From Candidatus Latescibacterota bacterium (GTDB lineage: Bacteria > Latescibacterota > UBA2968 > GCA-2709665): 64,000 nt of DNA. Both the position numbers and the translations under genes were made by a program. Within the stretch, counting starts at the first letter, position 1; each line of letters opens with the position of its first letter. The DNA lies in NCBI GenBank assembly GCA_965219995.1, contig CBDCOX010000002.1:2624001-2688000 (forward strand). Reading direction: 5' to 3'. The notes below the pieces were generated by a model. It made no database searches. It was not told the DNA's origin and saw only the letters and a program-made list of their open reading frames with translations. This document shows, piece by piece, positions 1 to 8,329 of this stretch.

Positions 1-1382
1 GCGGACGGCTTTGTCGCGGCATCGTACGTTGCGGACTCGTACAGCTTTCGCAACGGACTCAGCAGCAGCAACAGGACCGACTGCCTGTCCGTCATGATTT
101 CGGCCGTGCCCTTCATGCCGAAGAGGAGCGGCTTCTCCTGTCCTTTCACGGCCATCGTGGTCTCCTCCAATTCAACGACGCCCTTGAATATCGGCCCGAC
201 GGTCTCGTCGATGACGGCATCCGGCGAGATCTGCTTGAGCAATCCGCGTTTAATTCCAAAGTCCTGGAACGCGAAAGCGTCGTATTTCAGTTTGACGATC
301 TGTCCCGGCTTGAGCAGACCCACGTCCTTGTTCAAAACAGTCAGTTCGGCGACAATCGGCGCGGACGCCGGCGCCAGAGTCGCCAGAGCCTGTCCTTTAT
401 TAATGACCTGTCCGAGCGCATTTACCTCCACCCGGGTTACAATTCCGGCCTCAGGGGCCAGAATCAGGTCCGATTCGGCATCGAGCTGGCGATCGACGCG
501 TTTGCGCGCCTGATCCAGTCTCAGCCGCGCGGTATTGTGCGCGTGTTTGATCTGGGCGGCCTCGCGACCGTGGGCGATGCGAGCCTCGAGGATCTGGCGC
601 TTGAGGTCCTGGACCGCCGTTTCGTTCCTGTAGATTTCCGACATGCGTCCGGGAAGCGCCGCGAGGGCGTTCAGATACCTGACGCGCGCGCGATTGATCT
701 CCGCCCTGCTGATCAGTTGGCGTTCGTACAGCATCTTCTGTTGCAGGTAGTCCTGTTTCAGATGGTCGATTTCGGCCTGGCGAAAGCCGATCTGCGCCTG
801 CAATTCCGTATCCGATGGGCTCCTTCCGGTACGCTCGAGGCCACCCACGTCGGTCTGGTAATCCTCCAGTGCATTCTGGTGGGCTACCGTGAACCGTTCC
901 AGAACGGAAAGCCTTTTCTTCAGCGAAGCGATCGTCTCCCGGTTCAATTCAGTCCTTTGAGGCAATACACGGTGGAAATCGTACTCGGCCTTCTGAAACG
1001 CCATTTCCGCCTGTTCGAGTTCACGCAGGTCTCCCCAGGTTTCCCACGATTTGAGCTTGAACAGCAGCGCGCCTTCTTCGATGCGGTCGCCTTCCGTAAT
1101 ACCGATGTATTCGATTTCACCTCCACGGCGGGCCTGCAACGTCTTCACTTTTCCGAGCGGTACGAGCCTGAATGGGGCTGACGCGACTACGTCCACCTTG
1201 CCCCACCACGCCCAGACGACCGCGATGCCGACAAAAAGCAGCACGATATATAGCAGCGCCCGACCCCAAAACGGTCGCAGAGACCCGACAAACGCGCGCA
1301 TGTCATCGGCCGCGTCTTCCCGTTGCCCGGCAACGACCGGCGGCGCTGTACCCGGTGTGGGTTTCGGCGGGCGCCCCGTCAT
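1..1382 (-). CDS. HlyD-family membrane fusion protein of a type I secretion/peptide exporter (3' end runs off the window)
   Basis: Not in the ORF track; translated by hand. ATG at 1382 with GAGGAG RBS upstream. N-terminus ...PFWGRALLYIVLLFVGIAVVWAWWGKVDVVASAPFRLVP (single TM), then a coiled-coil region, then C-terminal ...VKLKYDAFAFQDFGIKRGLLKQISPDA...PLLFGMKGTAEIMTDRQSVL, typical of HlyD. Confidence 0.9.
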   Translation of the reverse strand, partial: MTGRPPKPTPGTAPPVVAGQREDAADDMRAFVGSLRPFWGRALLYIVLLFVGIAVVWAWWGKVDVVASAPFRLVPLGKVKTLQARRGGEIEYIGITEGDRIEEGALLFKLKSWETWGDLRELEQAEMAFQKAEYDFHRVLPQRTELNRETIASLKKRLSVLERFTVAHQNALEDYQTDVGGLERTGRSPSDTELQAQIGFRQAEIDHLKQDYLQQKMLYERQLISRAEINRARVRYLNALAALPGRMSEIYRNETAVQDLKRQILEARIAHGREAAQIKHAHNTARLRLDQARKRVDRQLDAESDLILAPEAGIVTRVEVNALGQVINKGQALATLAPASAPIVAELTVLNKDVGLLKPGQIVKLKYDAFAFQDFGIKRGLLKQISPDAVIDETVGPIFKGVVELEETTMAVKGQEKPLLFGMKGTAEIMTDRQSVLLLLLSPLRKLYESATYDAATKPS

Positions 1383-1409
1383 AGCGCCGGCTCCTCGTGG
1401 GCAGGAAGT

Positions 1410-4400
1410 TCAAGCCACCTGCAACTGCTGGCTGGACATGTGGTAGTAAAGGCCGCGGCGATCCATGAGTTCTTCATGCGTCCCCGTGTCGACGATATGG
1501 CCCTTTTCAAGCACGACAATCACGTCGGCATCCCGCACGGTACTCAAACGATGAGCAATGATCATCGCCGTTCGGTTTTCGAGGAATAGGTCCAGGTTGG
1601 CCTGGATCGCGGCTTCGGAGTCCGTATCCAGTGCGTTTGTGGCTTCGTCGAAGATCAGGATTCCCGGATCGCGATAAAGCGCTCTCGCGATCGCAATCCG
1701 TTGCCGCTGTCCCCCGGACAATCCGATTCCCTGCTCACCGACTTTTGTCTCATATCCCAGGGGCATCTCGGTCACAAAGTCCTGTACACAGGCCATTCTC
1801 GCCACTTCAAGGACCCGATCCATATCGGCGTCCGCTTCTCCGACCGCAATGTTCTCCGCAATCGTACCGCTGAACAGGAACGGATCCTGCATCACCATGC
1901 CCACCTGGCGCCGAAGCCAGTGCGGATCCAGGTCGCGCACGTCCATCCCGTCGAGGGTCACCCGCCCTTCAGAGGGATCGAACAGGCGCGGCACCAGCTT
2001 CACCAGCGTGGTCTTGCCCGCCCCGCTCCGCCCTACGATTGCGACTTTGCGTCCCGGTTCGAGGACGAGGTTGATATTGTTCAACACGTAGGGTTCGTCG
2101 GAGCCCACGCCGTACCTGAAAAACACCTCGTCGAATTCCACGCGCCCTCTCACCCGTTTCAGTCTCATGCCTTGTCCTCGCTGGCGCGCGTCCTCCATCT
2201 TCGCGTCGTACACGTCGTTCAGCCTGTCCAGTGCGACGCGGGCTTCCTGCACTTCCGGCCAGACGCCGATCAACCCCATTACAGGTCCCATCACGTTGCC
2301 AATGAGCGCGTTGAACGCCATCAACTGCCCCACGGACAATTCCCCTTCCATGACCAGGGATGCGCCGTACCACAGGATCACGGTTGAGCTCAACAGATTG
2401 ATCATGCTACCCCCCGCGCCGAACAGCATCTCCATTTTCAGGCGCTTGAACCCGATCTGGACTTCTTTCGTGAACTTCCCTTCCCATTGCCACCGGGTGA
2501 CGCGTTCGACGGCCTCGGCCTTCACCACGTCGACGCCGTGCAATGAGTCGATCAGCACGGACGATTGTTCCGCGCGGGCAAGAAAGGCGCGCTGGCTGAA
2601 GGACTTCAATATCGGCGTATAGATCAGCGTGAGACCCACGGATAGCGGCACGAAAATCAACATCACGAGCGTCAACTCCCAGTTGTAATAGAACATCAGC
2701 CCGAGGTAGACGAATAACATGATGAAGTCCAGTATCGCGGACACGGTTGTATCCGTAAACAGGCGCTGGATTGTTGCGTTCTCCTTGAACCGCGTGGTCA
2801 GATCGCCGGTGCGCCTGAGCGCGAAGAACCGCATGGACAGACCCAGCAGGTGCCGGTAGAACCTGGACAGCATGGTCAGGCTGAGACGCGCGCTGATATA
2901 GCCGATCAGATAGGCGCGTAACGTCGACGTGCCCATCTGGAACAGCGCCACAACGACCATACCCGCCAGCATCAGGTTCAACAGATCCCTGTCATGATGC
3001 ACAAGCACCTGGTCCACGATTGTCTGCGTGAATACCGGTGAAGCCAGCCCGAACAGGCTGAGCACGAGGGACGCCAGCAACACCTCGATCAGGATGGGCG
3101 TATAGGGTTTGATCAACGGGAAGAATCGTCTGAAGGAAGACCTGGAGGGTTCATTCTCGGATACCTGATCCGTGTATTCCAGCAAGAGGGCCATATTTGT
3201 CCAGCTTTTCTCGAACTCCGCACGGGAGAGCGTGCGGATACCCAGGCCGGGGTCGGCGATTCTCACCTTCTTTTTGAATATTTCATACAACACCACGAAA
3301 TGGTTGCCTTCCCAGTGCAGAATCGCCGGAAGCCCGGTCCGCATCAGCGCTTCGTACCCCGTGCGCACGCCCCGCGTGACGAACCCGAGCGTCTCCGCCG
3401 CCTCGGCCAGCGCCGCCATCGACGTGCCCTCGCGGGAAACGTTGCACATATCGCGCAGCCGGTTCAACCCGATCGGCATCTTGTAATACTTGCAGATCAT
3501 TCCCAGACTCGCCGCCCCGCAATCGGACTGATCATGCTGTTTCAGGAATGGATAGCGGAACGACGACGGCGCGCCGTTTCTTCCATCATCCGATTCACCG
3601 CTCCCGGTTCCGTTTGCCGTTCCACTCGCGTCGGCGACGATCTTCCCCTCTGGCGATCGGGCTGCGACCGGGGCGTGCACTTCGGAAGGGCGGGGCCCGC
3701 GGGACGGCGACGCGTTCGAATTTGCTCCTGCATGCAATTGACGCACCAGGGACGTCGCGGACCCGAACGCGGCAGCCGCTTCGCCAAGGTCACGAAAGTC
3801 GCTCTCGTCCAGGTAAAACAGAACACTATCCTGGGTACTGCGGACAACCCGCGGCCCGCCTTCGGAGCGATCGGTTTCTTCGAAGAAATCACCCGCGACC
3901 AAATGACGGGTCCCGCCATCCCCGGACATCATCTCCAGTTCGCCGCTTCCGACCGCGCAGAACCGCCCTCGCGACTGACCGGGACCTGCAACCGTCGCTC
4001 CCTTCGCAATCTCCTCCCGCTTCATACGACGGAACAACCTCCGCATCCCGTCACCGGAAACGGACCCCTTCAGGTATCGGGTGAAATTCCGGTACGCGAT
4101 ATTCGCCACCTGATCCTGGAGATGCGCCTTCAGTTCGGGTTCTCTCTTCATCACGTTGACGAAATCATCCCGTGACACCCGCAACACGTCGGAATTCTCC
4201 ACCGCGCGCACCGTTGCCCGATGCCCGCGACCGGTCAGCAGCGCCCCCTCGCCGAAGTGGTCGCCGGAATACAGGAAACCCAGGGTTTCAGGAAGGCCGT
4301 CCGCATTCCGCCTGATCACTCGCAACCGGCCGGCCTGCACAATGTAGAACGCATCGCCGGATCCCCCCTGATCAAAGACGACCGACCCGAAGGGAAAACG

Positions 4401-4451
4401 AGCGGTTTCAGACTGAATCGGCGACTGTTTAAAGCGGGATAACACGTCCAT
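1410..4451 (-). CDS. Peptidase-containing ABC transporter: two N-terminal cNMP-binding-like domains + C39 peptidase + ABC membrane domain + ATPase
   Basis: cNMP motif FDQGGSGDAFYIVQAGRL...GDHFGEGALL...RATVRA; C39 motifs QHDQSDCGAASL, HWEGNHFVV and IADPG; Walker A GRSGAGKT, LSGGQRQR and IFDEATN. Start at ATG 4451 or TTG 4466. Confidence 0.93.
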   Translation of the reverse strand: MDVLSRFKQSPIQSETARFPFGSVVFDQGGSGDAFYIVQAGRLRVIRRNADGLPETLGFLYSGDHFGEGALLTGRGHRATVRAVENSDVLRVSRDDFVNVMKREPELKAHLQDQVANIAYRNFTRYLKGSVSGDGMRRLFRRMKREEIAKGATVAGPGQSRGRFCAVGSGELEMMSGDGGTRHLVAGDFFEETDRSEGGPRVVRSTQDSVLFYLDESDFRDLGEAAAAFGSATSLVRQLHAGANSNASPSRGPRPSEVHAPVAARSPEGKIVADASGTANGTGSGESDDGRNGAPSSFRYPFLKQHDQSDCGAASLGMICKYYKMPIGLNRLRDMCNVSREGTSMAALAEAAETLGFVTRGVRTGYEALMRTGLPAILHWEGNHFVVLYEIFKKKVRIADPGLGIRTLSRAEFEKSWTNMALLLEYTDQVSENEPSRSSFRRFFPLIKPYTPILIEVLLASLVLSLFGLASPVFTQTIVDQVLVHHDRDLLNLMLAGMVVVALFQMGTSTLRAYLIGYISARLSLTMLSRFYRHLLGLSMRFFALRRTGDLTTRFKENATIQRLFTDTTVSAILDFIMLFVYLGLMFYYNWELTLVMLIFVPLSVGLTLIYTPILKSFSQRAFLARAEQSSVLIDSLHGVDVVKAEAVERVTRWQWEGKFTKEVQIGFKRLKMEMLFGAGGSMINLLSSTVILWYGASLVMEGELSVGQLMAFNALIGNVMGPVMGLIGVWPEVQEARVALDRLNDVYDAKMEDARQRGQGMRLKRVRGRVEFDEVFFRYGVGSDEPYVLNNINLVLEPGRKVAIVGRSGAGKTTLVKLVPRLFDPSEGRVTLDGMDVRDLDPHWLRRQVGMVMQDPFLFSGTIAENIAVGEADADMDRVLEVARMACVQDFVTEMPLGYETKVGEQGIGLSGGQRQRIAIARALYRDPGILIFDEATNALDTDSEAAIQANLDLFLENRTAMIIAHRLSTVRDADVIVVLEKGHIVDTGTHEELMDRRGLYYHMSSQQLQVA

Positions 4452-4540
4452 TGTATCTCTTCGCAAATGGCAGGTCTATTCGAACGTTTGGCTGTTAACC
4501 AATGTCACATTGTATACTGTGCGTCAACTATCGGTCCATA

Positions 4541-4560
4541 ACATACTATATATAGTATGT
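4541..4560. promoter_or_regulatory. Perfect 20-bp palindrome ACATACTATATATAGTATGT upstream of the exporter operon (candidate operator or activator site)
   Basis: The sequence equals its own reverse complement. It lies in the AT-rich intergenic region about 90 bp upstream of the ABC gene, with a TACAAT -10-like hexamer on the minus strand at 4509-4514. Confidence 0.55.
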
Positions 4561-4615
4561 ATCTGCTCGTAATCCACCGTTTTCAGCCGAAGAAATGTAC
4601 CCCCAATCGACGCTG

Positions 4616-5257
4616 CTACTCCGAGGGTCGGGCTCGGTCCGTCAGTTCCTTCCCTCCATCAGTCCGGTCATCGTCAGGCGGGACCTCACCCTCAGAAACG
4701 GGCTGAACGGGTTTCGCAACCCGGGAAAACCACCACAGTCCAAGCACAGCCAACGCCACCCCGGCCGCGCTGAACCACCACGGATTGAAAAACACAACAT
4801 TGAAGTCTTCCGCTACCTCTAGATATGGTATATCGAAGTGCAACGTCGTGACTCCGATGAGATTGTTCAATGCGTGGCCGAAAAGCGCAGGCCACAAGGA
4901 TCCCGTCCGGAAATACCACCAGGCGAATACGAACCCGTACAATACGGCCGGTGGAAATTGCCAGGGATTGAGATGACCCACGCCAAACAGAAACGCCGAC
5001 CAGAAAATCGCCCTGTTCCTGGTATGGTGTGCCAGCAAACCGGCAAATATCGCGCCTCTGTATAGAAACTCTTCAACGGTCGGGGCGACAAACACGGACC
5101 GGAACACGGCTGAGGAGTAGGATGTTTTGCGCCCGAACTCCGATTTGAAAATGTCCTGGATGAAATCGGGAATAGGAATCAACCGAATTACCGCTTTGTC
5201 CAATTCAAGTAGAACCATCCCGAGACCAGCGATCGAAATTGCCACACAAGGCCACAC
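4616..5257 (-). CDS. CPBP (Abi/CAAX-type) intramembrane metalloprotease; 5' part appears frameshifted
   Basis: Motifs APTVEEFLYRG, FGVGH and GHALNN, with several TM segments. Upstream hydrophobic sequence (SYVSLLVILGYLASRAELDWK) lies in another frame and meets this frame at a short A-run near 5295. Confidence 0.85.
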   Translation of the reverse strand: MWPCVAISIAGLGMVLLELDKAVIRLIPIPDFIQDIFKSEFGRKTSYSSAVFRSVFVAPTVEEFLYRGAIFAGLLAHHTRNRAIFWSAFLFGVGHLNPWQFPPAVLYGFVFAWWYFRTGSLWPALFGHALNNLIGVTTLHFDIPYLEVAEDFNVVFFNPWWFSAAGVALAVLGLWWFSRVAKPVQPVSEGEVPPDDDRTDGGKELTDRARPSE

Positions 5258-5587
5258 GCGCCAACTAAAGTCAGTGTTGAACAGTCGACGTATATTTTCC
5301 AGTCCAACTCAGCTCGGCTTGCCAAGTAACCCAAAATGACCAGCAGACTTACGTACGACAGAATCGACCGTAAATTTCGTCGATGAGGCTGTCTGTTAGT
5401 CTTCTAAGTTCACATCGATGCCGAATCGCCTTCCAGGTGATCCGGCATCGACGTGACGACGAAAGACGACGCATTGAACAATTAGTACGCTTGTCTCTCG
5501 GTGATTAAGCCAGTTTACCTGATTGGGTCCGTGTGGAAACCCTATTCCCCCTTCAGATAAACCGACAGCCAGCTTCGGCGATGTCTC

Positions 5588-5866
5588 CTATGTTTTCGTG
5601 CTGCTATCGGCGGAACGCCGGAAGAGCCGGGCCATCACGCTGTCCGCCCATTCCCAATACGACTTTAGAATCCACGGCGTCGCGATCAGACCTCCCGCCA
5701 AACCACCACTTAGCCCAAAGATTACGCTCAGACTTAGTCCAGGAAAGGCATATTCAAGCACCGCGATCAACTGAGGTCCTACAAAGATGGTCCAAAATAG
5801 AACCAAGAGGGCGGTACCGAAAATCGCGCCTTGCCACGTGTCGGAAAGGAAAAATCTACGTTCCAT
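5588..5866 (-). CDS. Small two-TM membrane protein, candidate bacteriocin immunity protein
   Basis: ATG 5866 preceded by GGAGG. 92 aa with two hydrophobic helices; directly downstream of precursor 1. Confidence 0.6.
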   Translation of the reverse strand: MERRFFLSDTWQGAIFGTALLVLFWTIFVGPQLIAVLEYAFPGLSLSVIFGLSGGLAGGLIATPWILKSYWEWADSVMARLFRRSADSSTKT

Positions 5867-6045
5867 TTGAGACCTCCACAACGCTTGATGGGACTTCACG
5901 CGGAAATCAAGACGTAACTTCCCGTCTAAATTCCAACGCTTGTGGACACTTCTGAGTACCCAATTCGACCTGAAACACCAAGTATTGTGTTGTTTTACGA
6001 CTCCTCATACACCTGATTAAAAGCGTACGGCGTGAATCCTGCCTT

Positions 6046-6426
6046 TCAACCAGCACACTTGCAGGTACAGGCTGCCTTTTCTGGCGGATCAAGTTCTTTC
6101 TTCAATTCATTAAGGGTATAGCCGACTACACCAACCAACGCACCCGTCCCTGCTGCAATTGCGATTGCTGTTCCGCCGATGGCAGTTCCCGCTGGACCAC
6201 CCAACGCTGACGCGATCGCTGCCGTCCCGTATACGGTCGCTACGCCACCCACGGCACCAGCACCGGCCGCCCAGAGAGCGTCTCCCCAATCCCAGAGACC
6301 ATCGATGCCCGCCATTTCTTCGAAAGTGAGCGTCGACTGATGTATGGGTAACGCCTCGCAAGCATTGTATGTGCCACTTGATTCGAAGTGAGTTCCCAAG
6401 CGATTGTCCAAGGCGATTGTGTTCAT
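6046..6426 (-). CDS. Class II bacteriocin/microcin-like precursor 1 (double-glycine-type leader, Gly/Ala-rich core, C-terminal CxCxC)
   Basis: AAGGAGG RBS. LTFEEMAGIDG(L) matches the leader consensus L-S/T-x-x-E-L-x-x-I-x-G-G except at position -1. The core WDWGDALWAAGAGAVGG... is rich in small-residue GxxxG-like motifs. Located upstream of a C39 exporter. Confidence 0.8.
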   Translation of the reverse strand: MNTIALDNRLGTHFESSGTYNACEALPIHQSTLTFEEMAGIDGLWDWGDALWAAGAGAVGGVATVYGTAAIASALGGPAGTAIGGTAIAIAAGTGALVGVVGYTLNELKKELDPPEKAACTCKCAG

Positions 6427-6968
6427 GACTTCCTCCTTAAAGACCGATAAAATTAAACGTTAGTAGTTCTGGTAACTTCGGGTACATCCAGTTACACCGC
6501 AATGTTTCATTCCACGCGGTCGTGGGTTTTCGAAACGGTTTTTAGCAATCGACGCGAAAGAACCTGCTGCACAGGACCGTGTCCATGATTATTCCGTTGA
6601 AAACAGACTACAGGATAAGGCCTTGCTTTTAATATAACTAGCTCAGCCATCTTTTTCTGGTTGGTTTCTGAACGGCCTCGACAAGCCCCACGCAACGTTC
6701 GCCCATGTGTTAACTGATGGCTGTTTGGCAACTGGATGAATTGCTGGGCAGAGGACAATGTCTTACGTGTTTTGCCGCCGCTTCAGCCAGATTCGTTGTC
6801 AAACCGACACAACAGGGCATCTCGTCACCCCTTTCTTACATTCTCAGCGATTCGCAGACCCGCCTCATTTGGCGTCCTTGTGAAGAGTCCATCTAACTCT
6901 CCGACAACGGATCACTGGGAAATTATGTAGAGTCAAGTGACGATTCCGTATTGGATGCAACAGGACAA

Positions 6969-7172
6969 CTAAAATGTACCTCTTGGCCTTTCCGGCTCCG
7001 GCAACGTTACGCCGAATATCTCCGCGACCCAATTTCTGAGAAGACGGCCCAACCCGGCGTCGCCACCGGAAATCTGCGCGGTCTGGCCTGCGGTCAGGTC
7101 TTCCGTCTGAACCGGCAGACGGGCCGGAACTTCGTGAGACGCCGCAGGGCTCGATGCAATTCTTCTGTTCAT
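6969..7172 (-). CDS. Double-glycine-leader precursor 2 (37-aa leader + 30-aa core DAGLGRLLRNWVAEIFGVTLPEPERPRGTF)
   Basis: Strong RBS AAGGAGGTG before ATG 7172, which is an internal Met of track ORF 6969..7502. The leader ends EDLTAGQTAQISGG. Confidence 0.7.
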   Translation of the reverse strand: MNRRIASSPAASHEVPARLPVQTEDLTAGQTAQISGGDAGLGRLLRNWVAEIFGVTLPEPERPRGTF

Positions 7173-7885
7173 GTCTCTCACCTCCTTTCTCCAGCATCCT
7201 CGCGACGTCCGGACAATCGTGTTGCCCCTCCGATCACCGGATTCGCGCCGCGCGGATGCATTGATGTCCGAAGCGTCTGTAACCCTTCTTCCTCCCGAGG
7301 CATTCGCCCCTCGGGAGGCGGCTTCGGCTTTGAACCAATGGGTACGTTTTGTTGCAGAACGCGAGCGCGGTCTGCAACGCTGTCGACGCATTGGAACCGC
7401 AAGGACTGTGCCACTCGCGACACCCCCCGGCATAACTGTCTGGCCTGCAAATGCGAATCGATTTGGAGGCTTCCGGGAGGCCGACGTCTCTCGGCGAATC
7501 ATTGAAATTTGTGTTCCATTCTGCGTCAGTCAGATGAAAACATATTGCCTGTGGCGCCTCAGAGAATCCACCCGGGACCGATGCAAAAAAACACCGGCGA
7601 CATAGGTCACCGGTGCATTCATCGAGAACAAAAAGGGGTTATGTCACCCCTTGTTCCGCCGAGAATGATCGGATAGGCAGGAAGACAATGAGAAGCGAAG
7701 AGGACCCGCAATCGGCCGTTTCAAATGACAAGAATTCCGGTTGCCGAGGTTCTGGGATATCGTTAAACTTGGAGACAATGTGGTAGAGCGCGCAACGGAA
7801 CGCCAGTTTGATGAAGCTCTTCGAACTGCAGCGTCTCCAATGGGCCCGAACTGCGTCCCACCTCCACGCCAGCCCAACGAAATCC

Positions 7886-8329
7886 ATGCCTCAATTCGGA
7901 AAAATCCTGTCTCCCACGTTCGGGAAATTCCTGGTCACCGGTCTGGGCGGCGTATTCGTCAATCTCGGTTCGTTTCAACTGATGCTCACGCTCGGCGTGC
8001 ACCCGCTGCTGGCGTCGCCAATTGCGATCGAGCTTTCGATCATCTCCAATTTCCTGCTCAACAACTACTGGACCTTCCGCGACCGCTCGCTGTCCGGAAG
8101 GCGGCGGATCCGGGGGTTGAAGTATCATGTTGTTTCGTTTGTGACGCTGTTGCTGAGCTACGGCACCTTCGTGTTGCTCTCCGTGTTGTTCACGGATGTG
8201 CCGCTGATCATCCTGCAGGGATGCGCGATCGCCCCGGCCGGCGTGCTGAACTACTCCGCCAACTCTCTCTGGACGTTTCGTGAAGCAGCGAATGAGGATA
8301 GCAGCGACGTCCGGGACGGAACGGGATGA
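7886..8329 (+). CDS. GtrA-family membrane protein
   Basis: FGKFLVTGLGGVFVNLG...SNFLLNNYWTF...LNYSANSLWTF; four TM segments. The stop overlaps the next start (ATGA). Confidence 0.85.
   Translation: MPQFGKILSPTFGKFLVTGLGGVFVNLGSFQLMLTLGVHPLLASPIAIELSIISNFLLNNYWTFRDRSLSGRRRIRGLKYHVVSFVTLLLSYGTFVLLSVLFTDVPLIILQGCAIAPAGVLNYSANSLWTFREAANEDSSDVRDGTG

Noticed and set aside
94-1446. Several plus-strand ORFs in the track
   Set aside because: They are antisense shadows of the minus-strand HlyD gene, which the track omits because its stop lies outside the window.
6430-6960. Possible third precursor or IS remnant between the two precursor genes
   Set aside because: No RBS + GG-leader ORF, transposase motif or terminal inverted repeat found by eye.
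7173-7502. N-terminal 110 aa of track ORF 6969..7502
   Set aside because: Arg/Ala-rich non-protein-like sequence; the strong RBS sits at the internal ATG 7172.
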